Shown here: piece after piece, positions 9,298 through 17,537 of the stretch
Numbering within the stretch: position 1 is the stretch's first letter
Layout of the letters: the number at the start of each line of letters is the position of its first letter
Assembly: GCA_001804785.1 (NCBI GenBank)
Contig: MHBG01000010.1
Location: forward strand, 1 to 39,940
Direction of reading: 5' to 3'
Length of the DNA stretch: 39,940 nt
Origin: Lentisphaerae bacterium GWF2_45_14
GTDB taxonomy: Bacteria > Verrucomicrobiota > Lentisphaeria > Victivallales > GWF2-45-14
Program-made: the position numbers and the translations under genes
The notes under the pieces: generated by a model
Databases searched by the model: none
Told to the model about the DNA's origin: nothing
Seen by the model: only the letters and a program-made list of their open reading frames with translations

Positions 9298-11322
9298 ATG
9301 TCTTCTGCATTGCCCTGTGAAAACGTGAGGAAAAGGGACGGCCGCGTCGTTCCATTTGAACCGGAAAGAATTACAATCGCCGCGGGAAAAGCCTTGAAAG
9401 CTTCCGGCGTCGCAAAATCCGGCGATAAAATAGCCAAGACCATTTGTAAGGACGTCATCGGTTCTTTGGCGGAGATGAATCTCAGCGAGGCTCCGGACAT
9501 AGAGCTTGTCCAGGACCTTGTGGAGCAATCCTTTATCCGAAGGGGCCTGTCAAAGGCCGCCAAACTCTATATTCTCTACAGAGCTCAGCATGAAAAAATA
9601 CGCGAGAGCAAAAAGCTCCTTATGGACGTGCAGGACCTCGTGGCCTCCTACATTGACAAGGAAGATTGGCGCGTCAATGAAAATTCAAACGCCGGCTACT
9701 CATATGCCAGCCTGCTCAATCACGTCAGCGGCGCTGTCATCGCACAGTATACACTTTCAAACATCTATCCCAAAGAAATCGCCGATGCTCATTCAGAGGG
9801 CGATTTTCACCTTCATGACCTTTCATGCGGCATTGTAGGCTACTGCGCCGGCTGGAGCCTCAGGCAACTACTCACCGAGGGATTCAGAGGCAGGGGAGGC
9901 CGCGCCAGCGCCGGACCCGCAAAACATTTCGATACCGCGCTGGGACAGATAGTGAATTTCCTCTCTACTCTCCAGACGGAATGGGCAGGTGCCCAGGCGT
10001 TTAACTCATTCGACACGCTGCTCGCTCCCTTTGTAAGGGAAGACGGCCTCGATTATACGAAGGTCAAACAGAATATCCAGCAGTTCGTCTTCGGACTCAA
10101 TATTGCAAGCCGCTGGGGACAAACTCCGTTTACGAACCTTACATTTGACTGGGTTGTTCCGGAAGACCTTAAAGGCCACCCCATCATCATCGGCGGCAAG
10201 ATGCTCGAAGGCAAATGCTATAAAGACTATCAGAACGAAATGGATATGATTAACCGTGCCTTCCTTGAAGTCATGAGCGAAGGAGACAGGGATGGAAGAA
10301 TATTTACATTCCCAATACCGACATATAATATTACCAAAGACTTCAACTGGGAAAGTGCAAACGCGAAGCTTCTCTTCAAAGTGACCGGCAAATATGGCTT
10401 GCCTTACTTCCAAAACTTTATCAACAGCGACCTCAACCCCGGAGATGTCCGCAGTATGTGCTGCCGCCTCCAGATGGATATCCGCGAACTCAGGAACAAA
10501 ACCGGCGGCCTTTTCGGCGCTGGCGAGCAGACTGGTTCGATCGGCGTGGTAACAATCAATATGCCGCGCCTCGGCTATATATCCAAAAATGAAAATGAAT
10601 TCTTCGCCAGACTCGAAAACCTTATGGTGCTCGCCAAGGATTCAATGGAGATCAAACGCAAGATAGTTCAGCGTCATCTTGATGGCGACCTCCTTCCTTA
10701 TACCAAGACATATCTCGGCACGCTTAAAAACCATTTCAGCACTATCGGTCTTGTCGGACTCAATGAGGCATGTCTCAACTTCCTCGGATGTTCGATATGC
10801 GACAAAGAAGGCTCAGAATTCTCAGTAAGGGTTCTGGACTTTATGCGCGACAGAATAGCCGAGTTCCAGGCCGAAACGGGGCATATCTATAACCTTGAGG
10901 CGACTCCCGCCGAAGGAACAAGCTTCAGACTCGCAAGAATCGACAAAAAGAAGTTTCCCGATATAATCTGTGCCGGAGACACGAATCCCTATTATACGAA
11001 CTCGTCTCAGCTTCCAGTCGGCTATACCGACGACATCTTCGAAGCCCTTGACCTTCAGGAACCTCTCCAGAAAAAATATACCGGAGGTACTGTATTTCAT
11101 GGCTTTATCGGTGAAAGAATACATGACAGCGACCAGGTGGCAGTTTTAGTCAAACGAATTGCTGAAAAATACAGAATACCCTATTTTACCATTACTCCGT
11201 CTTTCAGCATCTGTCCGGTTCATGGATATATTCCTGGCGTGCACCATGAGTGCCCGGTCGATACCAATGAGAACTCGTCAGATGAAGGCAGTACGGATTC
11301 CTTCAAACTTGTAGAGGCTTGA
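9298..11322 (+). CDS. nrdD: Anaerobic ribonucleoside-triphosphate reductase (class III RNR) large polypeptide. It has an N-terminal ATP-cone and ends within the C-terminal Zn-ribbon, before the glycyl-radical motif.
   Basis: ATP-cone (VRKRDGRVVPFEPERI), NrdD core and ITPSFSICPVHGYIPGVHHECP. The expected ...KCG...RVCGY continuation is absent from this ORF, which ends 21 residues later at TGA 11320. Strong GAGGAGG RBS upstream. Confidence 0.9.
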   Translation: MSSALPCENVRKRDGRVVPFEPERITIAAGKALKASGVAKSGDKIAKTICKDVIGSLAEMNLSEAPDIELVQDLVEQSFIRRGLSKAAKLYILYRAQHEKIRESKKLLMDVQDLVASYIDKEDWRVNENSNAGYSYASLLNHVSGAVIAQYTLSNIYPKEIADAHSEGDFHLHDLSCGIVGYCAGWSLRQLLTEGFRGRGGRASAGPAKHFDTALGQIVNFLSTLQTEWAGAQAFNSFDTLLAPFVREDGLDYTKVKQNIQQFVFGLNIASRWGQTPFTNLTFDWVVPEDLKGHPIIIGGKMLEGKCYKDYQNEMDMINRAFLEVMSEGDRDGRIFTFPIPTYNITKDFNWESANAKLLFKVTGKYGLPYFQNFINSDLNPGDVRSMCCRLQMDIRELRNKTGGLFGAGEQTGSIGVVTINMPRLGYISKNENEFFARLENLMVLAKDSMEIKRKIVQRHLDGDLLPYTKTYLGTLKNHFSTIGLVGLNEACLNFLGCSICDKEGSEFSVRVLDFMRDRIAEFQAETGHIYNLEATPAEGTSFRLARIDKKKFPDIICAGDTNPYYTNSSQLPVGYTDDIFEALDLQEPLQKKYTGGTVFHGFIGERIHDSDQVAVLVKRIAEKYRIPYFTITPSFSICPVHGYIPGVHHECPVDTNENSSDEGSTDSFKLVEA

Positions 11323-11442
11323 AAAACATAGAAAAACGATATTCCATGGATTAAGCTGTCAACCACCACCCACCCACCCGGCGGCGGACATCCTTGGAAC
11401 GAAGCAACATATATAAATCAGCATAAAAGGAGAACTATTACG

Positions 11443-11598
11443 ATGTCTAAGTGCGGAAGCAAAACAGAAGTCTACAGCAGGGTCTGCGGATATTTCAGAC
11501 CCGTCGAAAATTGGAACAAAGGCAAAAAGGAAGAATTTAAAGACCGTAAGTCTTATACTCCTGCCGCAAATGAACAAGCCAAGGAAGCCGTGGCCTGA
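11443..11598 (+). CDS. 51-aa NrdD C-terminal fragment: the second half of the Zn-ribbon plus the glycyl-radical motif (RVCGY) and the conserved NWNKGKKEEFKDRK tail, as an independent ORF
   Basis: Translation by hand: MSKCGSKTEVYSRVCGYFRPVENWNKGKKEEFKDRKSYTPAANEQAKEAVA. AAGGAG at 11427-11432 sits 10 nt before the ATG. It is in the same frame as nrdD but separated by the in-frame stops TGA 11320 and TAG 11329. It is not in the ORF track because it is under 60 aa. Confidence 0.6.
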   Translation: MSKCGSKTEVYSRVCGYFRPVENWNKGKKEEFKDRKSYTPAANEQAKEAVA

Positions 11599-11605
11599 GA
11601 ATATT

Positions 11606-11644
11606 CCGGGTTTTAATTCCCCGGTCCTTTAACAAAGACCGGGG
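11606..11644 (+). promoter_or_regulatory. Two mutually exclusive GC-rich hairpins between the nrdD tail ORF and nrdG (CCGGG/CCCGG versus CCCCGGTC/GACCGGGG): possible attenuator or processing site
   Basis: Stem A is 11606-11610 with 11620-11624. Stem B is 11619-11626 with 11637-11644; they share the CCCCGG segment. There is no clear U-tract, so this is not a strong intrinsic terminator. Confidence 0.3.
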
Positions 11645-11700
11645 ATTATTCTGTACACCCGAATAATTGAGGCACAATTTTCATTTGATAGTTTATTATC

Positions 11701-12417
11701 ATGAATATAAGAGGTTTTCAGAGATTTACCCTGGTAGATTTTCCAGGAAAAATGGCGTGTGTAGTATTCGTCGGGGAATGCAACTTCCGCTGCGGCTACT
11801 GCCATAACCCATGTCTTGTTTTTGATCCGGAAAGCCAGCCGTTGATCTCCGAAGATGAGATTGTTTCATTCCTCGAAAGAAGAAAGGGCAAACTCGATGG
11901 TGTTGTCGTAAGCGGCGGCGAACCTTCCCTCAGGAACGGTCTCGAAGAGTTTATGGCAAAGGTCAAGCGGCACGGCTTCCTTGTTAAACTCGACACAAAC
12001 GGCAGCAATCCCGAAAGGGTCATCGCTGCACACCGTGACGGTCTTATAGATGCCCTTGGTATTGATTATAAAGCGCCATCATTGAAATATAATCAGATTG
12101 CCAACTGTTGCACCAAAGACCTCTCCTCAAAAGTGCGAAGACTTATAAAATACGCCGTTGAAAATGATATATTTATTGATGTCAGAACCACCGTCCACAG
12201 GACACTTCTTTCAATGGATGATCTCGCCGAAATGAGAACCGAGCTTGATTCTCTGGGGCTGAAAAACTGGACACTTCAACAGTTTAATCCTGTCGAAGTT
12301 ATTGATGACAAACTCCTTACTAGTAAAACATATTCGGATACCGAGCTTGTGGAAATCTCTTCAAGCCTGCCCAATACCCGAGTAAGAGGTCTTACCGGTG
12401 TTTTTCTCGACACCTAA
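11701..12417 (+). CDS. nrdG: Anaerobic ribonucleoside-triphosphate reductase activating protein (radical SAM)
   Basis: CNFRCGYCHNP radical-SAM CX3CX2C motif near the N-terminus, a GGEP motif, about 238 aa, immediately downstream of nrdD. Confidence 0.85.
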   Translation: MNIRGFQRFTLVDFPGKMACVVFVGECNFRCGYCHNPCLVFDPESQPLISEDEIVSFLERRKGKLDGVVVSGGEPSLRNGLEEFMAKVKRHGFLVKLDTNGSNPERVIAAHRDGLIDALGIDYKAPSLKYNQIANCCTKDLSSKVRRLIKYAVENDIFIDVRTTVHRTLLSMDDLAEMRTELDSLGLKNWTLQQFNPVEVIDDKLLTSKTYSDTELVEISSSLPNTRVRGLTGVFLDT

Positions 12418-12521
12418 AAGGGCTCCGCCTTTGAAATCCCTGTCTACATACGGCATCGTTTTTTTGGGATTCGCCGCAATCTTATGTTGAAAAACCTATC
12501 GGTTATACTAAACTAGTCAAC

Positions 12522-13556
12522 ATGGAAGAAAAAGGTACATATTCACTGGCAAAAGTTGCGGCCGAGCTAGGCGTAAGCAAGACAGCCGTATCTTTCGTTG
12601 TGAACGGGATTGCCCGTAGCAAAGGAATAAGCGCGAAGCTGGAGAAGCGCATAAGCAGCTTTTGCAGAAAAGTAGGATACCGTCCCAATATTCATGCACA
12701 GAGAATGAACAGCCGTCTTGTCAAAAATATTGGGATACTTATAGATAAAATAGCGGCAAGAGATGAACGGTCGCCGTTCTGCGAATACAACATATCGAAC
12801 GTCATCGGGGGGGTGGCCGAGGCGGCGGATGCCGCGGGTTATCGCTTTACTTTCCAGTTTTATTCAAAGGGAATGGAAAAGGCAAGCATCTTTGAATGGT
12901 TTGATAACAAGGAGATAGACGGGCTTATCTATTACGGATTTGGAATGCCTGAAGAGTGGAATCAAAGATTCAGAGAAGAAAAATTCAAAGTCGTAGGTAT
13001 TTCCATAGATCCGGCTCAGGGTATTCCGTGCGTCAACGTGGATAATTATGAGGCATCATTCAAGCTTACGAAGCATCTCATAGGAAAGGGTCATCAGAAA
13101 TTTCTTTATTTTTCAGGCAGTCCGGACGCCTATCCCGGGAATGAGCGTTACAGGGGATTCAGAGACGCGTTACGGGAGGAAGGCATCAATTTTCCCAAGG
13201 GAAATCTTTTTGAGTCTGACTTCAATCGAGAAACGGCAAAAAATCTTATCAGGGACCGCTGGATGCGGGGAAAACTTGGAGAGGATGCCATTGTTTGTGC
13301 GAATGACAGCATGGCAGTGGGAGTCGTAAGCGCTTTAATCGGAGCCGGACTTAAAATCCCGGAAGGGATAGCCGTTGTCGGTGCCGACAATATTAATTTA
13401 AGCCGCTTCATCACACCGTCGCTTACAACATTCGATTATCTTCCTTTTGAGCAGGGAAAAGCGGCATTTACTCTTCTTCATGATATTATGACGGGCTCGG
13501 TGGTCCCAGAAAATGTGGTTCTGAAAACAACATTGCATCTTCGCAGCTCAGGATAA
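12522..13556 (+). CDS. LacI-family transcriptional regulator
   Basis: The N-terminal HTH YSLAKVAAELGVSKTAVSFVVNG is followed by a periplasmic-binding-protein-like sugar-binding domain of about 300 aa. Confidence 0.85.
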   Translation: MEEKGTYSLAKVAAELGVSKTAVSFVVNGIARSKGISAKLEKRISSFCRKVGYRPNIHAQRMNSRLVKNIGILIDKIAARDERSPFCEYNISNVIGGVAEAADAAGYRFTFQFYSKGMEKASIFEWFDNKEIDGLIYYGFGMPEEWNQRFREEKFKVVGISIDPAQGIPCVNVDNYEASFKLTKHLIGKGHQKFLYFSGSPDAYPGNERYRGFRDALREEGINFPKGNLFESDFNRETAKNLIRDRWMRGKLGEDAIVCANDSMAVGVVSALIGAGLKIPEGIAVVGADNINLSRFITPSLTTFDYLPFEQGKAAFTLLHDIMTGSVVPENVVLKTTLHLRSSG

Positions 13557-13753
13557 GATGGCTTTTGGGTTTATTTCTCAATTCACGGTTTGACTGGTCA
13601 TGTCACTTATGCCGAGCCTGCCCGCCGCTTCTCGCACATTTTTATCTTCAGTCTGATGTTAATTCTCGGGGAAAGAAGAGCTTTTTTTCTTGCGCTGACG
13701 GCATCGGTGATATATGAGTATACAAGGTCAAACACAAGATAGGCAAAACTACA

Positions 13754-14785
13754 ATGAAGACACAATTAAGTACAGTTTTCTTAATACTCGCTTTTTCGGC
13801 AGCGCTTTGCGGCGCGGAAGAAAAAAGTTTCGAAGCGCTCCTCTCGAAGGCGAAGGATGGCGACGCGTATTCACAGGGGGCGGTGGCATCCATCTACCGA
13901 CGGGGCCGGAGCGATGTCAGAAAAGATTACATCGAAGCCTTCAAATGGGCCACGCATTCGTCCGTCCAGAATCATCCGCTCGGGATATTCAATCTAGCCG
14001 TAATCTACGAGAACGGACTGGGCGTGAAGGCCGAACCGGCGGAGGCGCAGGCTCTCTACGAGCAATCATTTGCGGGTCTAAAAAAACTTTCAGATGAGGG
14101 TGATCCTCTTGCGCAGGGTTGTCTGGGGTTCATGTACCTCACCGGCAAAGGCGTAAAAAAAGATCCGGCAGCGGCGGAAAAATATCTGCTCGCCAGCGCG
14201 GGAAAAGAATCCAGCGCCGCCGCGTTTCATAACCTTGGATACCTTTATCTGAGCAGGAATAATCCCGCAGACGAAGAGAAGGCCTTCGAATACTTCAAGA
14301 AGGCGGCGGAATCCGGATGCCCCGCCTCGCAGTATCAGATAGGGATGATGTATCTCAGCGGGAAAGGCGTGCCGAAGGACAGCTCAACGGCCTTTAGATA
14401 TATAAGTCTCGCGCATATAGGAGGATGCGAAAAAGCCCCTACCGTTTTCGGGATAATGCTGATGGACGGAATCGGCTCTATCGCGGACCCGGTCAAGGCC
14501 TTCAAGATACTCAGCGAAGAGGCGAAACAAGGCAATGTCGAGGCGTCATTCAGGACAGGACTCATCTACCTTAGCGGAAACGGTGCGCGGCAGGACAGCG
14601 AGAAGGCCTTTGAGTTTATCAAGTTTGCCGCCGATAAGGAACACCCCGGAGCCATGTATGCACTGGGTGCAATGTATGAAAATGGCAATGGGGTGGGAAA
14701 AGACAAATCGAAAGCTGCCGAGCTCTACAAAAAGGCCGCCGCGCTTGGGATTAAAGAAGCCGAAAAGAAGCTCAAGGCAATGTAA
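13754..14785 (+). CDS. Secreted Sel1-repeat (SLR/TPR-like) protein
   Basis: Signal peptide MKTQLSTVFLILAFSAALCGA, then at least 7 Sel1-like repeats (GDAYSQGAVASIY, GDPLAQGCLGFMYLTGKGVKKD, GCPASQYQIGMMYLSGKGVPKD, GNVEASFRTGLIYLSGNGARQD, EHPGAMYALGAMYENGNGVGKD). Confidence 0.8.
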   Translation: MKTQLSTVFLILAFSAALCGAEEKSFEALLSKAKDGDAYSQGAVASIYRRGRSDVRKDYIEAFKWATHSSVQNHPLGIFNLAVIYENGLGVKAEPAEAQALYEQSFAGLKKLSDEGDPLAQGCLGFMYLTGKGVKKDPAAAEKYLLASAGKESSAAAFHNLGYLYLSRNNPADEEKAFEYFKKAAESGCPASQYQIGMMYLSGKGVPKDSSTAFRYISLAHIGGCEKAPTVFGIMLMDGIGSIADPVKAFKILSEEAKQGNVEASFRTGLIYLSGNGARQDSEKAFEFIKFAADKEHPGAMYALGAMYENGNGVGKDKSKAAELYKKAAALGIKEAEKKLKAM

Positions 14786-14815
14786 GAGAGTTCAGTGTTC
14801 AAAAATCTACGGGCC

Positions 14816-15856
14816 CTATTTTGCGACGGAGGCAATCTGCTTGAAAATATCATTGAGCGAGACGGAAATGCCCCATGCCGGAAAGTGATCTTTTATCTTC
14901 CTTAGATCAGAGATATAGCAGATATGGTCGCCTTTTCTGTTTTCTTCAAGATATTCGTAGTCAAGCTTTTTGCCGGTAACATCGCCCGCAAGGTCAATGG
15001 CCTCGATCATGGATATGCTGTTATTTCTTCCGCCGCCGAGATTGTAGACTTCGCCGCAACGCGGGGAGTTGTAAAAGGCTTCAAAAAGTCGGCAGACGTC
15101 AAGTGAATGGATATTGTCCCTGACCTGTTTGCCCTTGTAGCCGTAGATTCTGTAATGGCGTCCTTCTTTCGCGCATTTGATGAGATACGCGAGGAATCCA
15201 TGGAGTTCAGCGGCTGAGTGAGCGGGACCGGTGAGGCAGCCGCCGCGAAAACAGGCCGTCTTCATTCCGAAGTAGCGTCCATATTCCTGCACCATTATAT
15301 CGGCGGCGACTTTATCGGCTCCGAATATGCTGTGAGTCGACTGGTCAATCCGCATGTTTTCGCTGACGCCGTGGAAGTCTTCGGGACGGGCGTAGTCGTA
15401 ACGTTTCTCAAGCTCTTTGAGCGGCATTTCGTTGGGTGCGTCGCCGTAGACCTTGTTGGTGCTCATGAAGCATATCGGGGCTTCGGGCGAATAGCGGCGT
15501 ACGGATTCGAGGATGTGCATAGTGCCCATAGCATTAACGTCGAAGTCATCGAAGGGGCGCGAGGCGGCGAGGTCGTGGCTGGGCTGCGCGGCGCAGTGGA
15601 TTATAAAGTCGGGCTTGTTCTGGCTGAAGAAGTCCAGAACCGCCTGTCTGTCGCGGATATCTATGACATAGTGGGTGAAGTTCTTTGCCGCGGCCTTGAC
15701 GCGGGCGAGGTTCCATGAGGTATCGCCATCGGCGCCGAAAAAGTCTTTTCGCATATTGTTGTCTATTCCGAGTACCTGCCAGCCTTTTGATTCGAAGTAA
15801 CATACGCATTCCGAGCCGATAAGGCCGCTGCTTCCCGTGACAATCAGTTTTTTCAT
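14816..15856 (-). CDS. NAD-dependent epimerase/dehydratase family protein (CDP-paratose 2-epimerase-like SDR)
   Basis: N-terminal Rossmann motif [15 protein letters not shown]...[12 protein letters not shown] and a YxxxK catalytic motif. About 346 aa. Confidence 0.8.
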   Translation of the reverse strand: MKKLIVTGSSGLIGSECVCYFESKGWQVLGIDNNMRKDFFGADGDTSWNLARVKAAAKNFTHYVIDIRDRQAVLDFFSQNKPDFIIHCAAQPSHDLAASRPFDDFDVNAMGTMHILESVRRYSPEAPICFMSTNKVYGDAPNEMPLKELEKRYDYARPEDFHGVSENMRIDQSTHSIFGADKVAADIMVQEYGRYFGMKTACFRGGCLTGPAHSAAELHGFLAYLIKCAKEGRHYRIYGYKGKQVRDNIHSLDVCRLFEAFYNSPRCGEVYNLGGGRNNSISMIEAIDLAGDVTGKKLDYEYLEENRKGDHICYISDLRKIKDHFPAWGISVSLNDIFKQIASVAK

Positions 15857-15949
15857 GCGAAGACCCTTCTTTTTCAGTTATTCAGAATTATATTGTCACG
15901 TTTAATTTATATATCGATTTTCAATATTGCAAAAGGAATTGTGTTTATC

Positions 15950-16564
15950 ATGGCGGACATCGGAACGATAACGGGTTTTTTCATAAGCGTGTGGTTGAAG
16001 TTTTTCTTTCTGCTTACACCGTTTTTTGCTTTAACCGTATTCCTCGCAATGACAAAGGATTACAATCCGGCAAGGCGTAAAAAAACGGCCATAAAAACAA
16101 CGCTCGCGGTGGAAATAACATGCCTTTTTCTTTTTTTCTTCGGGAACTTCGCGTTCAAGATATTCGGAATCACGCTCGACTCGTTCAGAATCGGCGCGGG
16201 ATGCCTGCTCTTTCTCACCGCAATAAACCTTATAAAAGATTCCGGAACAACCGTTGAAAACCATGGCGAAAAAGAAATAAGCGTCGTGCCTATGGCGATA
16301 CCATTCATCGTAGGCCCCGGAACTACCGGCGCGCTTCTCGTTATGGGGGCAGACCTTACGCCTGTGATGCAGGTCACTGGCTGTGCGGCACTTACGCTGG
16401 CGATAGCGTGCATAGGCGTAATGCTCTTCATGTCAAGCGGAATACACAAAGTGATAGGCCGCCAGGGACTTGAAGTACTGAGCAAAGTCTCCGGCCTCGT
16501 AATAGCGTCGCTCGCCGCTCAGATAGTATTCACCGGAATAAAAAACTTCCTTAATATACAATGA
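15950..16564 (+). CDS. MarC-family (UPF0056) integral membrane protein
   Basis: Six predicted TM helices. The MarC-like N-terminus FISVWLKFFFLLTPFFALTVFLAMT. AAAAGGA RBS 13 nt upstream of the ATG at 15950, so the ORF-track start at 15893 is probably too long. Confidence 0.75.
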   Translation: MADIGTITGFFISVWLKFFFLLTPFFALTVFLAMTKDYNPARRKKTAIKTTLAVEITCLFLFFFGNFAFKIFGITLDSFRIGAGCLLFLTAINLIKDSGTTVENHGEKEISVVPMAIPFIVGPGTTGALLVMGADLTPVMQVTGCAALTLAIACIGVMLFMSSGIHKVIGRQGLEVLSKVSGLVIASLAAQIVFTGIKNFLNIQ

Positions 16565-17199
16565 ATATTGATGAAATATCACTGGCAGTCGCTAATGTCA
16601 TTGCGGAAAAAGCTCTGGAAAAAGATTGTCTTACCCTTGCGGTCTCAGGCGGCTCGACACCGGAAAGACTTTTCTCAATCCTCGCAGCAACTCCCATAAA
16701 CTGGAGTAAAGTCCATGTTTTCTGGGTTGATGAACGCTTCGTTCCCGTCGACAGCGAATTCAACAATTATGGAAAAGCTTACGAACTCTGGCTTTCTAAA
16801 ATAGATATTCCGCCGGAAAACATTCACAGAATGAAAACGGAAAAGGCGTCCGCCATCGAATCCGCGCGGGACTACGAAAAGGAACTGGAGGGATTCTTCA
16901 AAACCCCTCTGCCATCCTTCGACATCGTTCTGCTTGGAATGGGAGACGACGGACATACCGCATCGCTCTTCCCCGGCTCGCCCGCTCTCAATGAAAAAAA
17001 ACGCGCCGTCATAAGCGTCCCCGCTCCGACAACCGCAAAGCCCGCAGCCGAACGCATAACACTCACATTCCCCGCTATAAACAACTCCGCACAAAAGATT
17101 TTCATAATCTCCGGCGAAAAGAAAAAAGCGATGACTCTCGATATAAATAAATATCCCGCAGGCAGAGTCCTGAACGCCGAATACTTCATCGCCTCTTAA
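16561..17199 (+). CDS. pgl: 6-phosphogluconolactonase
   Basis: LAVSGGSTP ... VHVFWVDERFVP ... DIVLLGMGDDGHTASLFPG motifs of the 6-phosphogluconolactonase/NagB superfamily. 212 aa. Confidence 0.8.
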   Translation: MNIDEISLAVANVIAEKALEKDCLTLAVSGGSTPERLFSILAATPINWSKVHVFWVDERFVPVDSEFNNYGKAYELWLSKIDIPPENIHRMKTEKASAIESARDYEKELEGFFKTPLPSFDIVLLGMGDDGHTASLFPGSPALNEKKRAVISVPAPTTAKPAAERITLTFPAINNSAQKIFIISGEKKKAMTLDINKYPAGRVLNAEYFIAS

Positions 17200-17200
17200 T

Positions 17201-17219
17201 ACCAGCGCTTCCGGCTGGT
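17201..17219. terminator. Short bidirectional hairpin (ACCAGC-7nt-GCTGGT) between the convergent pgl gene and the 103-aa gene
   Basis: 6-bp perfect stem with a 7-nt loop fills the 20-nt convergent gap. No U-tract on either side, so it is weak. Confidence 0.35.
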
Positions 17220-17531
17220 TTACAGCAGACGGAGCATAAACTGGTCTATGTGGTATTCTTTGCCGTCGGGGGAGATATGGAGTTCCATTCTGTATTCGTA
17301 AGATTCCTCGAAGCCGGGGGTCTTGACTATTTTAACGGGCTTGAGGGTTAGACGGTTAGGGCCATTCTCGAAGCGTATCCTCTGCGAAGAAATAAGTTCA
17401 TGACCGTCGACCTTCAGAAATGCGATAAGCGTCCGCACCGAATCAGAATCAACTTCAAGCACGGGCGTAATAATGGAAACCCGTTCTTCCCTACGGACTT
17501 CGTAAGTTACTTTTATGTCTTCCAGTTTCAT
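17220..17531 (-). CDS. Hypothetical 103-aa cytoplasmic protein, co-oriented with the MFS transporter gene 6 nt upstream of it
   Basis: Clean ORF with even composition. No motif I recognise. Confidence 0.4.
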   Translation of the reverse strand: MKLEDIKVTYEVRREERVSIITPVLEVDSDSVRTLIAFLKVDGHELISSQRIRFENGPNRLTLKPVKIVKTPGFEESYEYRMELHISPDGKEYHIDQFMLRLL

Positions 17532-17537
17532 TATTTT

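Noticed and set aside
11365-11379. CCACCC x3 run in the nrdD insert as a mobile-element or MITE signature
   Set aside because: Too short, with no terminal inverted repeats or target-site duplication recognisable. The AGTGC found at both junctions is explained by the two Cys codons (GAG-TGC / AAG-TGC) themselves.
15218-15718. 166-aa plus-strand ORF
   Set aside because: Antisense inside the SDR epimerase gene; a GC-rich frame artefact.
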